A stretch of DNA of 63,896 nt, the filler included, from Hausera hauseri (Eukaryota): assembly GCA_046269625.1 (NCBI GenBank). It is 11 parts of 11 records of this genome, joined end to end, with 100 filler letters (N's around TTAATTAATTAA, not from the genome) between each part and the next. Parts side by side here need not be neighbours in the genome. Positions count along the whole stretch, not along the records: positions 24,142 to 28,486 come from JBJURY010625219.1; positions 28,587 to 32,984 come from JBJURY010601222.1; positions 33,085 to 38,844 come from JBJURY010193082.1; positions 38,945 to 43,818 come from JBJURY010407256.1; 7 more parts are not named here. One strand, given 5' to 3'. The notes under the pieces are model-generated. The model was not told the DNA's origin. It ran no database searches and was given only the letters and a program-made list of their open reading frames with translations. This document shows positions 27,276 through 40,037 of the stretch, one piece after another; positions within the stretch are counted from its first letter, which is position 1; each line of letters starts with the position of its first letter. The translations under genes were made by a program, and so were the position numbers.

Positions 27276-27454
27276 AATGTCGTTTATACTATATACGTGA
27301 TGATACCAGTGTCATTTAGGTTTGACTACCCCACGATATCATAGCCATGATTTTCTTATTGTAACTGTTGCTGTTCCAGATTTAACATTAAATTATTATG
27401 ACAAAATCGTGATTTGATAGTTCTTTTTTTGTAACTGGTTTCTCTTTCTACAAA

Positions 27455-28175
27455 AGAAGACTGCATAATAACTGTCCTCGACCTGAGACAAGCCTACGAT
27501 CGCGTATGGAGGACAGGCTTTCTGTAAAATCTGCACACTATGGGAATAATAGAGCAAAAGTACATGGATAAAATGTTTTAATTTCACAACAAAACCATCC
27601 ATGCAACCTTCAGCGGAGCAACATCAAAACAAAGAATGCTGAAGCAGGAGGGCCTGTCACGGGGCTCATTCCTAAGCAGGTCATTATTCCTAATATAAAC
27701 TGTCTTCCAGGTGCTAAAAAACCTCTCTCAGAAGACGACCTAGCCAATGGGTAATAAGCAAAGCACTCATAAGCCCTCAGCAAAATCATTTATTAGAAAA
27801 CGAAAACTATCTCAGCATACTGCCACTTCTGGGAAATGAAAGTCAAAACGGAAAAATCAGCTTGTTCAGCATGAATAGTACAAAAAACAGAAGAGAAAAA
27901 TTAAAGTGCGATTGACTGGCGAGGTAACTAGTATACGAGGAACATCAAGATATCTCGGAGTTGAACTTGGTTGGAGATTTACCCAGAAGCAGAACATTGA
28001 AAAGCTGATTAAGAAAGCCTCCACAAGACTCAAGCTCATCAAACACCTTTCTTTTTGCCAAAGGGGAGCAGACCAGCAGTTAAAACGTCAGCTTTCCTTT
28101 TCTTATGTACTGTCAGTTATAGATTACTTCATCTCCCTCAAAACAGTGGCAAGTAATATTTCGCAAAATCGATAG
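27455..28175 (+). mobile_element. Second non-LTR RT fragment (I/Nimb/Ingi-like)
   Basis: DLRQAYDRVW, GLSRGSFLS..LF, EDDLA, YLGVEL..RLKLIKHL..GADQ..VLSVIDY. Confidence 0.75.
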
Positions 28176-28586
28176 GTCGATAAAGAAATTGTTTAAACCT
28201 TTACAGGTAAAGTTTTGAGGAAAAACTCAGAGTAAATAATATCTTACCTCAGGGATGAGAAGATTAAAAGATGGAAGGGGCCACAACTTTTTGTTGAAAC
28301 TACCAGGGGGCCACATAACGCTAATAATGCAATATGTTGTAGTGACATAAAACCTTAACGATGTAATGTGACAATGACACCTATTGATCTGAATGGTGTG
28401 GTTTTAAATTCACCGGACAAGACCAGTGTCTCCCATCGCAAGTCTAGAAATATATTTTGTTCTTATTATTTATGGTATCCTCAAAANNNNNNNNNNNNNN
28501 NNNNNNNNNNNNNNNNNNNNNNNNNNNNNNTTAATTAATTAANNNNNNNNNNNNNNNNNNNNNNNNNNNNNNNNNNNNNNNNNNNN

Positions 28587-28991
28587 AACTAAACACGTCG
28601 GTTCTAATCGGTTTGACTATTCAACTTCAACTTTCGTCTCCTTTTCTGGTTTCTTATTCTTATATACTTGTGTCAGTGCGTCCGCGTCCTTCAATAAATT
28701 CACCATTCTATTTAATTCGAGCTTTCAATGATAATAACTTTCCTATGATTTTTGTCCTTATTTTGCTTTCATGACAATAATTTACGAATGCATTGAAATT
28801 TGCTCTTGATAAATTATTTCGCAATCACAAATCTACAAATTGGTTTTAACTTGAAATAATTTTTCAACCTTTTTAAAAGAAATAATTTTCTATACACAAA
28901 TTCTAATTTAAATGATTACACTAAACTATTTATACGCTTCCTTTACACTTCCTCGTCATATCGACTCCTTTTCATAACATTTCTCCTCCTT
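28587..28991 (-). repeat. Polypurine tract (28980-28991) and start of 3' LTR (28979 downward)
   Basis: Minus strand CGCCACTCAAGGAGGAGAAA|TGTTATG, similar in context to CGCCATCTGAGGAGGGAGG|TGTTG at ~60494-60472. Confidence 0.7.
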
Positions 28992-29159
28992 GAGTGGCGA
29001 TCTCAAATGTGCCACTTGCCTCAACAAAGGAGCCACGATTACTGGGCCTCTGTAATAGGTTCAATCGCCTGCGTTACCTTTTATCCGAATTTGCTTGTAT
29101 ATTTCGAGGGATTACATCGAGTTGATAGTTGGTGCTACACCGAATGTCAACTATTCGGT

Positions 29160-29721
29160 TATTCTCGCCATTGGCATAATACTTGAGCCTTGGGGCTTCG
29201 GTTCGACATACTGGACATGTTGTCTTCTCGTTCTTTAATGTCCATGTTTCCAAACAATAACGACAATATCTTTGGATACAGGAGTCTTGATCTAAGTCTG
29301 GGACACCAATTTTCGTATATTTTCATTAATTTAACAAGAAGGCCAGAGATTCTAATTTTTAATGCGTAGTCAAAAATTCGAGCTGCACATGTGATATGCG
29401 TTGAATCTCCATTGCTCACCCTTGTTGATGCTCCATGGCTGGCCGGCAATCCGGTACACGTGTACATCTGATGCGTTCCTCATCTCATAGAGACAAACTA
29501 TTCGATTCTCGTCGGTTACCCACTTCAATTCGTTGGGTATCTTACTTTCTTGATTGAATTCTACGTAGGTTTTATCTCGGATTGCTTCCATGGTCTGGCG
29601 ATAGATACTTTTGGATGGTGGGTTAAAACGTTAGGTGTTCTTGAAATAACTCGTCAATATCCTCTATCAATGTTCGGTTTGTCAGAATTGCTTTCACCTT
29701 TTTGGCCTTACTTTGTAATTT
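29160..29721 (-). pseudogene. Gypsy accessory ORF, N-terminal part (exonuclease part absent)
   Basis: DIDELFQEHL..EAIRDKTYVEFNQESKIPNELK..ENRIVCLY..GEQWRF..DYALKIRISGLLVKL matches DIDDFLKQHV..ETLRKKNYVEIKRESRKPNGLK..DNRLLKLY..GQRWKF..DDTLEFRIAELPIKL at 46160-46751. Confidence 0.75.
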
Positions 29722-29748
29722 CTGAAATAAAAGAAATAAAGTTTAAGC

Positions 29749-30420
29749 CTAAGACAGATGTTTGTTTTGAAATAAAACATTTTCTCTGTCTGATGATAGG
29801 ATAACCTGATCTGTAATTGTCAGATTAGTATGCAACGCTCGACAGTCGATCTTAACATCATAGTCTAATTTTTTCTTGACAAAGAACATGATTTTATAGT
29901 GGTGAATCAAGTATTTAATAGATATATTTTCTAATTCCCTTTCGGACATTTTACTCGAAGTAACGATATTAGTAACAGTATTCGAAACAATAGTCTTTTC
30001 TTGTAGTTACTTCGAAAGGAATTTTCCATATCCGATCTTTCGGATAATAGCTTCTTAGGTAAATACTTGGTTTGTGGAGTTGGATTTCATATATATCGAA
30101 TCGTATTTTGAATTTGCGATCAATCGGTATTTTACAACATGGATCGAGTCTTCTGTGTCCGACATAACAATAATTCTCTGACTTCTTTACTTTTATGAAC
30201 TGAGTGAAAATTTAACTGTCACTGGTTAGTGCTGTCTTGGTTTTTATCTGGATACATCTATTGCTGATGTCCTGAGAGATTCCGATTATATTATTTTTGA
30301 GTTCGTCTCCTTGTGGATAGAACTTCCAAATAAAAAATAGAAAAACATGTAGATACAGTAGAATAAAACGACTGAAACAAAAATTGAGAAGGCAAAAAAC
30401 GAGAATAATTTTTATTAAAT
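29749..30420 (-). pseudogene. Env-position membrane-protein ectodomain remnant; TM segment deleted
   Basis: Hydrophobic leader, then NIIGISQD..ENYCYVGHRRLDPCCKIP..PSIYL..MSERELENI..KLDYDVKIDCRALHTN. Colinear with 47230-47730 (NIIGISK..EYCYIAQRRLTTCFRLP..PSIYL..MSERDLENI..KLDYEIKIECRTLHTN). Confidence 0.75.
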
Positions 30421-30449
30421 TCTCGCAAATTGTCCGCCGAGGTATGCGA

Positions 30450-31217
30450 GTCTTCGGTTTAGGAGTGGGCCGGATGAGTCGTATCGTCGTCCGAACTAGA
30501 ATCCGACTGTATAGGTTCCCGTCGTATCGTCTCGAAACGTCGTCCGAACTCGAACTCAACATCCTTAATTGTCGAGTTCAATCGGCTTGGATGACGGAGA
30601 TCAACTGGCTCTCGGACGCAACCAGTGACTCGAATAAGCGGTCGACGGCAACTATCAACCGGATAAATATCGGGGTAAATACTGAAGAGTCGAAGAGTTT
30701 CCTCGTTTCTCCGTCGACGTAGAACCTTTGGAGATGACTTGCCGGTAGAGAATACTGGTCGTATTCAGGTAGTAGGCTGAGGTGCAGCACAAAACGGCTA
30801 CGCTTCAGCAACTCCCCACTGTTCGGTAGTCCGAGTAAGATAGTGCGGAGCTTGATAGTCTCGGATGCGGCGTCGTCTCCTAGGGACATCGGTATTTCTC
30901 CATCTCGACTTTTGGTCGTTTCCACCGGCGGGATGTGACTCGCCGCTCACCAAAGGCTCATCGTGTGGCCTATCGTTGGGTGGTTGGACGTTTTCTCCAG
31001 CGTGGGCTAGTCGAATGACCTTGGGCATTCGGTACTCCGGAATGGGCCGAGTTTTCTTTTCGACATCCGTTGCGTCTCGTTGGATGCGGGAGATGGTGAC
31101 ATCAGCTAGGATGGCCTTCGCACCTTCTTTGGCGATGGGTTCACCGGGTTTCAATGTCCTTGTTGCCGTCGACTGGCCCTTTCCTTGTATTTGCGGCGTT
31201 TCTGACACGTTTTTCAC
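30450..31217 (-). pseudogene. Interrupted ORF of unknown function (higher GC)
   Basis: Overlapping ORFs 30798-31217 and 30578-30925 suggest one frameshifted gene; no family recognised. Confidence 0.35.
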
Positions 31218-31599
31218 ATGAATTTATTGTTCTTGTTTTTTGAAAAAGTCCCATCTGGTTTTTAACTGTGGATTTAAACAAAACGGTTTTTTTATCCTCC
31301 AATTTTCGTTGTTGATTGCAAAATGCTGGTCACTTCGACACTTGTGATCCGCCATTTTACATTTGCTATTTTTGTGTAGGCGAAAATGAGAAATTTTAAT
31401 TTTAGTATTTCAATTTGAACAAGTCCGTGATTATTAAATTGTGTTTTCTAATTTTATTTCACGTATTGGATTTTAATTTATTTTAATTTACATGTTTATC
31501 TATTTTTGATTTTGTAAAGTGGAACCTTACACTATATAATTTATTGTCAAATATGGTACTTAAGATAGTATAATTCCTCTTAATAGACGACTCAAAACT

Positions 31600-32400
31600 A
31601 TAAGACTTTAATACAACAAAATTTTCACATGTTGTTTCTGATCTGAAACCATGCAGACACATGAGACACTGTTTACACCGTATTTGTTTTTGGATGAACT
31701 TATCATGCGCCATGTTCAACTGTCTGCCCAAATTTGCCACGACCACGTAATGAAAAATTTCCTCCTGCTCTAACAGCAACAAATTTACCAACTGTCCATT
31801 TGGGTTCCGACTTCGATAAATTATACACATAGGGATTCTTGTAAATGACTTCATCCGCGGTATTTCTTTTATTGTAATGTACTGGAAAACGTTAATTGAT
31901 GGCGTCGGATTACGCCGTTGAAAACTGGAATGGTTTTCAGTTTCATCGGCATGCAACATTCATAAAAGTGCAATTCGGAAAAATACTGCCAATACTGAAT
32001 TGAACGATTTTCATGATGTCTGTCTACTTCCTCATATTTCAATACAGCCATAATACTGTAAAAAAAACAATATTCGTCATCAGTATTTTATACATTCACT
32101 AACGCAAAAGACTGCTCTAGAGCTGCATGTGCCGGTATGAATCAACTCCTAGGCAAATAAGTTACATCACTCGACTTTGTTACAATAAAGCCGAGAGTTA
32201 CAATTTTTATAATTCGCCATGCACTACCTTTTTCGGTATAGTTGGCGATTTTATCATCGAAACTTTCGCATACATCGGAAATAAGATCGTCGGAATATGG
32301 TATACTCGATGTGACAGGTATTATTGTTTCCTGTTGCCTTGTACATTTTCAAATTCTGTTAGTGAATAATATTGCATTTTTTAGTGGTGTTGGAACCGGT
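31600..32400 (-). pseudogene. polB: Polinton pPolB N-terminal fragment, second copy
   Basis: LVNV*NTDDEYCFFYSIMAVL..IYRSRNPNGQLVNL..HYVVV.NL.R..CLMCLHGF is homologous to 23511-23924 (YRSKNPNGSVVNL..YYVAVPNLNR..CEKCLHGF). Confidence 0.8.
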
Positions 32401-33201
32401 TGTGCACATTGGACGGCACATGTTTTAAATGCATTATTGATCTCGCTGACATGTCCACTTTTATGCCCACATGTGATCTGTTTACATATACCTGACAGTA
32501 ATGGAAGGTTCATGTTGCTGTTCCTGCTGCTACTGTTGATTCTACTGTTTGCTGCTTTGTATGTATTCGTCAAGTCTTGTTGATGCTTGAGCTTTCCTGC
32601 TTGTTGAGGGCATGCTACTGCTGTTTGTTGCGTCCATGACTGTCTGTCTTTTGAAGCGCCTAAACTGATTCAAGTGGCCCTTATGGTCGTTATAAAATTG
32701 TTCATAATTGATTTGGGCAACTATCGAACAACCTGGACAAAGATAGGCCCGTTTACAATGCACCATTGCGGTGCCATAATATTGCTCCATTTTACTATAA
32801 CAATATTATATTTAAAGAAATTGTTATATATAACAATAACAATACATAACAATATTCAACACACATACCATTTGATGTTTACCGGATTACCCAACGTCTC
32901 AATCCGGTTCCAACATTTCCCCCTTCTTCGGGTAGTCCGGTCTATAGTTGTATCTCCATCTACACAATCTTTTACATACTGTAANNNNNNNNNNNNNNNN
33001 NNNNNNNNNNNNNNNNNNNNNNNNNNNNTTAATTAATTAANNNNNNNNNNNNNNNNNNNNNNNNNNNNNNNNNNNNNNNNNNNNGTAGACAGATGTTACG
33101 ATTGCGGCCATGTAATAATATCTGGTGCTCACGGAGTAATACATGCCGTCATATACAGTACAGGATTTTTCAATTTTACCAGAGATTAAATATCACCCGG
33201 T

Positions 33202-34290
33202 ATGCACCCTCAAGATCTTCAACGAGAACTTTATGTACGAAACTTTATCTACAAAACTCCGAATTTCCCACGATTTCTTTTCTTTAATGATTCGGATGAA
33301 GAGATTCCCCCTCAACTTCGGATTACGTTGGCTAGCTATAAGAGAGTCCTTTACGCATGCGACGTCGGTCGTGTAGACGAACCAAATCGATTAAGTCCCA
33401 ACTTTCATTTTGTACCTAGGAAATCAACAAAACCTCGTTTTTCTATTTTACATATTTCTCATAAACTCCAACATATTCAAGATTTAAGGCATGTTATTCA
33501 CGTTGTAAGCATTGAATGTACCAAAGCCCTTAATTGGTATTACATTGACTCATCACCTGATCACTTAATTAACACAATTAATAATGCGGAGCTCCATTTA
33601 ACTTCTGACATTCATTTACTTATCTTTCCACCACACACAACAGCCGATCTCCAGATTAACCATCTATACGAAAGCTTTAATAAAATAGAAAACAATACTC
33701 TTATTTTCCTCGGTGGTAGATCTCCACACTTCGAAACAAATAGCTATGCATTTCCGTCGCCGTTTACACAGGAATTAAAATCATACATTTACTTCTCGGC
33801 ATATAAAAAATTCCTTTTGAAGCGGGTTCCATTTTACCGATTTCACAATGGCGATACGTGTGTGCTCGTGTTGGACCCGCAAAATATTAGAGTTGTTTCT
33901 CTACGGAGGCTGTATAACAAAAAAGATTAAACGAAATATTTGGGAACCGTTTCAGACATAATATCAAACTACAATTACCGGTTAGATCTTTTAAAAGAAA
34001 CAGCAATCCTCTTAACATCGATTAACCACATCGATATACTACACTACCCGGTTTACATTATATCACCGCCATTCCACCTATACCTTTATATTAATAATAA
34101 CCTAATGAAAACCGTAAATGTCACACAAGGTATGGAGACATTACACTCATACGCTCGCATTTATAATACAACCGCCTACACTGATTTCTACCTGACTCAC
34201 AACGGTTTCATTTTAATAACCTCCCACACATCATGGTCTCATATTGCCATCTATGTATACACGTCAATCCTAGAATCCGCGGCGGTATGA
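33202..34290 (+). pseudogene. ORF0 upstream of gag, ~360 codons with one in-frame stop, unknown function
   Basis: ORFs 33202-33930 and 33940-34290 share a frame. The C-terminus (LYINNN..DFYLTHNG..YTS) recurs at 13235-13453 and, less clearly, at 53145-53400. Confidence 0.7.
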
Positions 34291-35330
34291 TCTCCCCACC
34301 AGCTAGTGACACCACCTATAACGTGACCACAAAACCCAAATCCATTCTCTACTACCCCAAATCAAACCACCCATCTACTTCAACCGATACCAATTCTTCT
34401 CACAAAAATCCTATCAGCACTACACCACATTGCACTAAATACTTTATAGACAATGAGAAGTCTAGCAAAACCTGGCTCAACTTCCATCAACTCTGGTTAC
34501 AGTCCAACGGTATCACAGACTCGTTATCCAAAGCATATAATATACTTTATCTTCTACCAAACTCTATAAATACCTCAATACATAACTTAATGGACATTTT
34601 TCAACACTCTGACCCTTATACCCAATTGTTTAAGGCTGTGTTAAAACTGACAGAACCACCAATTGACTCTATAATTCATCGCTTCTTTAACGAAAACACA
34701 ATGGGGACACAAAAACCTAGCGATTTCCTACGCACCTCGTTGGCTCACTTACGTACTTTAGGCGTCACCAAGGAACACAATCCGGATCTACTTCGAAGAT
34801 ATTTCCTTAATGCCTTACCCATTCAAATTAGGGCTTTACTTACCGTTGTTGAAGATTTTACAGCCTTAGACAAACTGGCTGAATTGGCAGATAAATCACA
34901 CGGTCTTACAAATCCAATTACAACCCATCATATCAGCCGCTATTAGGACCGATGACAATCAACAACATACTTTTATTGAGCACCAATTGAATCAATTACG
35001 TGCCGAAAATGCGGCACCACAACACACAATCAACACCATCAACAATAAACTGAACGAAATTTCATTAACTCGACGTGAGGGTTTCATACGTGACCGTAAC
35101 CGTTCAGTATCTCGTGGTCGTTCACATTCACCTGGCCGATCACTGATTTGCTATTACCACGGTAAGTTTGATAGTAACGCACAAAAATGCCACCTAGGGT
35201 GCAAATTTTATGATCAAAGATACCATACGGACAACGTCATTTGCATATACCATGCAAAATTCAGACAATGCACGCAAATGCATTCCAGGTTGCACGTTTG
35301 AAAACAAACCCGCCATGCAAATGACGAACG
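34287..35330 (+). pseudogene. gag: Gag with two CHCC zinc knuckles
   Basis: QKPSDFLR..LLRRYFLNALPIQIRALL..LDKLAELADK; CYYHGKFDSNAQKCHLGC and CIYHAKF/DNARKCIPGC. Confidence 0.9.
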
Positions 35331-35459
35331 CAAAACTTTCGTTTCTAACAGTCGCCCAGGTTCCCCGTTTTCAAAAAACTAACTTCGCCGCCAGAGTTTT
35401 CGGCAAGCACTGGCGAAGGCCACTCTTCACTTCCTAATAGCCGGAAAATTTCTTTATCC

Positions 35460-38400
35460 GTGTTCACATTAAAAGACTCCACCATCGCACCGACACCTCA
35501 ACACATAGATTTTCTTATCAATTCAGGCGCAGCGATTTCTTTACTACCGCTCACCTTTCCAACTCAACACACTTCATCCAAAATTAAACCTTTATTTACA
35601 GCTTCCGGACAACCGCTACATGTTTCTGGTACATGTAGGCTTTCTTTTATCCTTCCGAAATTTACTCAAACGTTCCGTTGTAAACGTCCAAACAGCCATT
35701 TTAGGATCCGATTTTCTTTCTCACTATAACGTCCTTGTCGATTGCAAACAACGCTGCTTAACAAGCGGTCGTAATAAGGAGCAATTCGATCACGAAGATA
35801 CAATTTCGGCTGTCGTACGGGTGAATGCAACTCAAAAGCCGATATTAAAAAGTCATTGAACAGACATTTTCCTTACAACCATAGCACCTTGTTTTATAAA
35901 TCACAAAAGAACAATGTCACTGCCGATTGGGGTTTGCACATTGACGAAAGTGATTCTGTTACCACTGCCATTTCATTAGATAAAACCACCAGCTACAGTA
36001 CTATCTTCAATGCTACCATCCTGCATCGAATACCACTTCATTCTCTATCAACAAATAACGCCCGAATTACTACTGCTACTAATACAACCAAAGTTACCTG
36101 TAAGACCTCCTCGCGCCCAACAAACTTTTCACAATTACCTGAAAGTCTGCAGCAATTCATCCACGTATCTTGTTCTAAAACTATTCAAAAATATAGGTAT
36201 TTTACACCAGCAAATACCACTTTTCACCACACTATGACACAACATCAAAGACCTATCCGCCAAAAAGTGCGTCCATTATCTCCTCGTCGTAGACAGGCAG
36301 TTGAAGACGAATTTCTAGAACTAGAACGTTCCCGAATTGTACATCGCTCCAAATCCCCATGGTCGTTACCACTGCATGTCGTGCAAAAGAAGAACGAAAC
36401 TTTTCGACCATGTGGTGATTATCATCAGTTGAACACTTTGACAGTAATGGATGCATACCCGTTGCCACTCATTAAAGATATCTTACACCGTCTCCACTCA
36501 ACTGCCATTTATTCTACCATCGATTTATCCAAAGCCTACCATCAAATTCCTGTGGCACCTGAGGATATCGAAAAAACAGCGGTCACTACTCCTTTTGGCC
36601 TATACAAATATCTGTACATGACTTTTGGCTTACGAAATGCTGCGCAGACTTTTCAACGCCACATCGATACTATCCTTTCCGATTTTCCATATGCTCATCC
36701 CTATATCGATGACATATTAATTGTTTCTTCCTCAACCAAACAACACAAAGAACACCTCAGATCAATCTTTCAACGCTTATACCATCAAAACCTGCAGATT
36801 AATTTTGCCAAATGTCCCCTTTTCCAGAAACGTATACATTTTTTGGTCACGTTATTTCTACCGAATGTCACTGGCCTCAGTCCGACCGAGTTGAAGCCTT
36901 AAAAAATGTACAGCTGCCTCGTACAACAACAGAAATGAGGAGTTTCTTGGGCACTTTGCACTTCGTGCACAAGTATGTGCCATACGGCTCAGAACTTACT
37001 GCACCATTTGCTCGCCTCAGTAGTGGGAAAAAACACCAACCAATACTATGGACTCCTAAACTTGTAAACAAATTCGAAAAGCTAAGAGAAGGTTTAAAAA
37101 CTGTCGATATATTAGCTTTTCCCAAGCATGATGCACAACTGATCCTCACTACAGACGCTTCTACCACCGCTGTGGGCGCCGTACTTCATCTAATCTATAA
37201 GGGTGAGAACCAGCCTTTGGAATTTTTTTCACGCAAGTTAATACCTCCCGAAACTAGATACTCCACGTTCGACCGAGAATTACTAGCGATAGTTCTTGCT
37301 TTAGAACACTTTTCACATTTACTCACTGCTCGACGTTTCACCATACAAACCGATCACAAACCTTTAATCAACGTCATGATCATGAAACACCCATCGTCTA
37401 GACAGGAAAGTCAAATTTCATGCCTGTCGACGTTCAATTTCGAGATCAAACATATTAACGGTGTAAACAACTTAGTCGCTGATTTTCTTTCAAGATCCGT
37501 TAGCTCCATCAATTTTAAACCTATATTAACATAAGATCAGCTGCAAGAAAATCAACCACCTTTAGACATGATTAAGTCTTTCCTATCTTACAACATCATT
37601 GACGGCGTAGCTTTCGACACTTCCAAACCAGGCCATTCCGTAATAATTCTCGCATCACCTTTACAACGGCAAGCGTTTAACAACGTACATTTACTACATC
37701 ATCCTGGTGCTAAGGCAACCTTTCGCTTACTCCACCGGCAGGTACTATGGCCGACAATGCGTTCCGATGTACAAGCATGGGTTAAGGAGTGCGCGGCTTG
37801 CCAGAAATTTAAAATTACCAAACATTTAAAATCAGCACTATATCACTTCCCTTGCACATCACGTTTCGAGTCCGTACATATAGATATCGTTGGCCCTCTT
37901 CCTCTTGACAACGGTCACCAGTTCATTTTAACCATGATGGATCGTTCATCACGACGGCCTAAAGCCGTCCTACTACAGAGCACCAATACGGACACGATAG
38001 CCGACGTTTTTATACTCACGTGGATCAGCAGATTTGGATCCCCTAAATTCATTATTACGGACCAAGGCACACAGTTTGAGTCCAATCTGTTTAAATCTCT
38101 CTTTAGCCGATGAGGAATCAGTCACATCCACACGTCACCGTATCACACTCAATCGAGTGGTCTTTTGAAGAGATTCCACAGAACACTATAAACGTCATTG
38201 AGGATCCTCTCAGAATCTAATAGCAGTTGAACTACTCTCATTCCGCTTGTTCTTCTGGGTTGGAGTAATACGCCTTCTACCTCTACAGGTTATTCAACTA
38301 CCGAAGCCATTTTCGGAACACCTGTACGTTCATTGTTTGAATTAACAGCCTTAGAAGATACACCGACAGACGAAGCTGTCCGATCAGCACAAAACCATTT

Positions 38401-38640
38401 TGTTTCAGTCAGCCAAGATTTCTTCTGTAGAATCTTAAATAACAATAGAACATACTTACCGGAGGATATATATTCTGCAAAATTCGTCTGGTTGAGAAAC
38501 CAAATCCCCGTGCGGTTTTTAACAACGGTATTCTGGGCCTTACAAACTTATGCAATTGCACTCCCACAATGCCATTATTCTTAAAGACGGCAAGGACCTA
38601 GCGGTGCACATCAACAACGTAAAGCCAGCCTTTTTCGTTT
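35460..38640 (+). pseudogene. pol: Pol (protease, RT, RNase H, integrase), several frameshifts and stops
   Basis: FLINSGA; RPCGDY, IDLSKAYHQIP, FGLRNAAQTFQR, YIDD; LTTDAS, YSTFDRELLAI, TDHKPL; HHPG..CAAC, IDIVGPLP, ITDQGTQFES. Confidence 0.95.
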
Positions 38641-39566
38641 ATAATGCACCTCAAACTGAACCTTCTACACCTTCTCTGACGCCACCGCCTTTTCCAATTT
38701 CTATTCCTTTAAACTCTACACCTACCCGTTACTAGAACCTATTCCTCAAACTCCTTCACCTAATCGCCCAACTTTTCTTCCCTTTTCTCCTACATTTTCA
38801 CCTCCAGCTCATTCTTCGTCTCTGAACAGCATACCAACTTTAACNNNNNNNNNNNNNNNNNNNNNNNNNNNNNNNNNNNNNNNNNNNNTTAATTAATTAA
38901 NNNNNNNNNNNNNNNNNNNNNNNNNNNNNNNNNNNNNNNNNNNNATTCTAAAGGGCTACGCTCATATTCATAGAATCTGGGGTTACAATACGTAACCAAC
39001 GTTCTATTTCATATGAGCTACACCCTTTAGACAGCTTCGCTTATTGGATAAAGGGCGGAGCAGGATATGGTCCATGCCTCACTGGGTCCAAACACCAGCA
39101 TGAAGCACATGCTCGCACCATTTACAGCAACATACATCCTTCCTCGTGCGTAAAAGCGCATGCCATGTATCATTGCGCATTAGGGAAGGGCATTCGGTGG
39201 ACGGAGAAAAGAAATGGGCCTGCAGGCCTACGTTGCAGCCTACCAGGCACAATCCGACCGCTGAGGCGGCAAAAAAAGAATTATATGTGTTTATTATTGT
39301 TTTATATGTATTTCATTGTTGTGTTCAGTTTATAGTGTGGTTGTGCAACGACGCCAAGGGTAGAACAGGCCCTGGCGGGTGAACCAACAAACTGAGAGAA
39401 CGTAACTGATACTGAGAACTATGCACAGAGCAAATCAGATATTTATTAAACGACAATCATGAAGCAACAGTAACATGGCACTGTGACTGATGCTGTAGAC
39501 TCACACATCATGCCTGCCTTCAGGCAGATGTGAGCTCAGAGCAGAACTTCAGGAGGGGCTCATGAA

Positions 39567-40037
39567 TTACTCTGATAAGACTCCGAGAACAGAATGAGTC
39601 ATAGAAAATGCAGAAACATCACGCAGATAAAAGCGTATAAAAGAGCAAGGCGTAGACCACGCCGCTGCTGAACAGATGTCACTGACCGTCATCCCACCGT
39701 GCAGCGCTGTGGAGGACGCGATGGCCCGCGTGGAATGTGCACGCAGGATTTGTGGGGGTTCTGCCCCAGTGGCTCTGTGAGCCTCTGAGATGCCCTCACA
39801 CAACCAATGAGAGAGGCGCTGAGAGGACAGAGCGCGTCCAACCGAGCTGTCTCTGTAGTGAACAAACAGGCGCTGAGAATGACGTAGAGCGGCTGTGCGA
39901 GTCACATAACATGCGAGCGCACGAACAGGGCACAATAGATGAGACGTGGCCTCTTCCTCTGACGCGTGTGGAGGAAGATGAAACCCATTTAGCGTGATAG
40001 TCCTTGATTTGAAGGAACTATTTATGCATTTGAGCAT
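39567..40037 (-). pseudogene. DIRS tyrosine recombinase, C-terminal half
   Basis: LCPVRAL..LFVHY..LSHW..RAHSTR..ICSAAAWST..F.RFY (H-x-x-R, W and catalytic Y). Confidence 0.9.

Larger units (their letters stand above)
33085..38844 (+). mobile_element. Ty3/Gypsy LTR retrotransposon, CsRN1-like, copy 2: near-complete internal region ORF0-gag-PR-RT-RH-IN
   Basis: Domain order PR-RT-RH-IN and CHCC gag knuckles; no LTR inside the contig. Confidence 0.95.
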
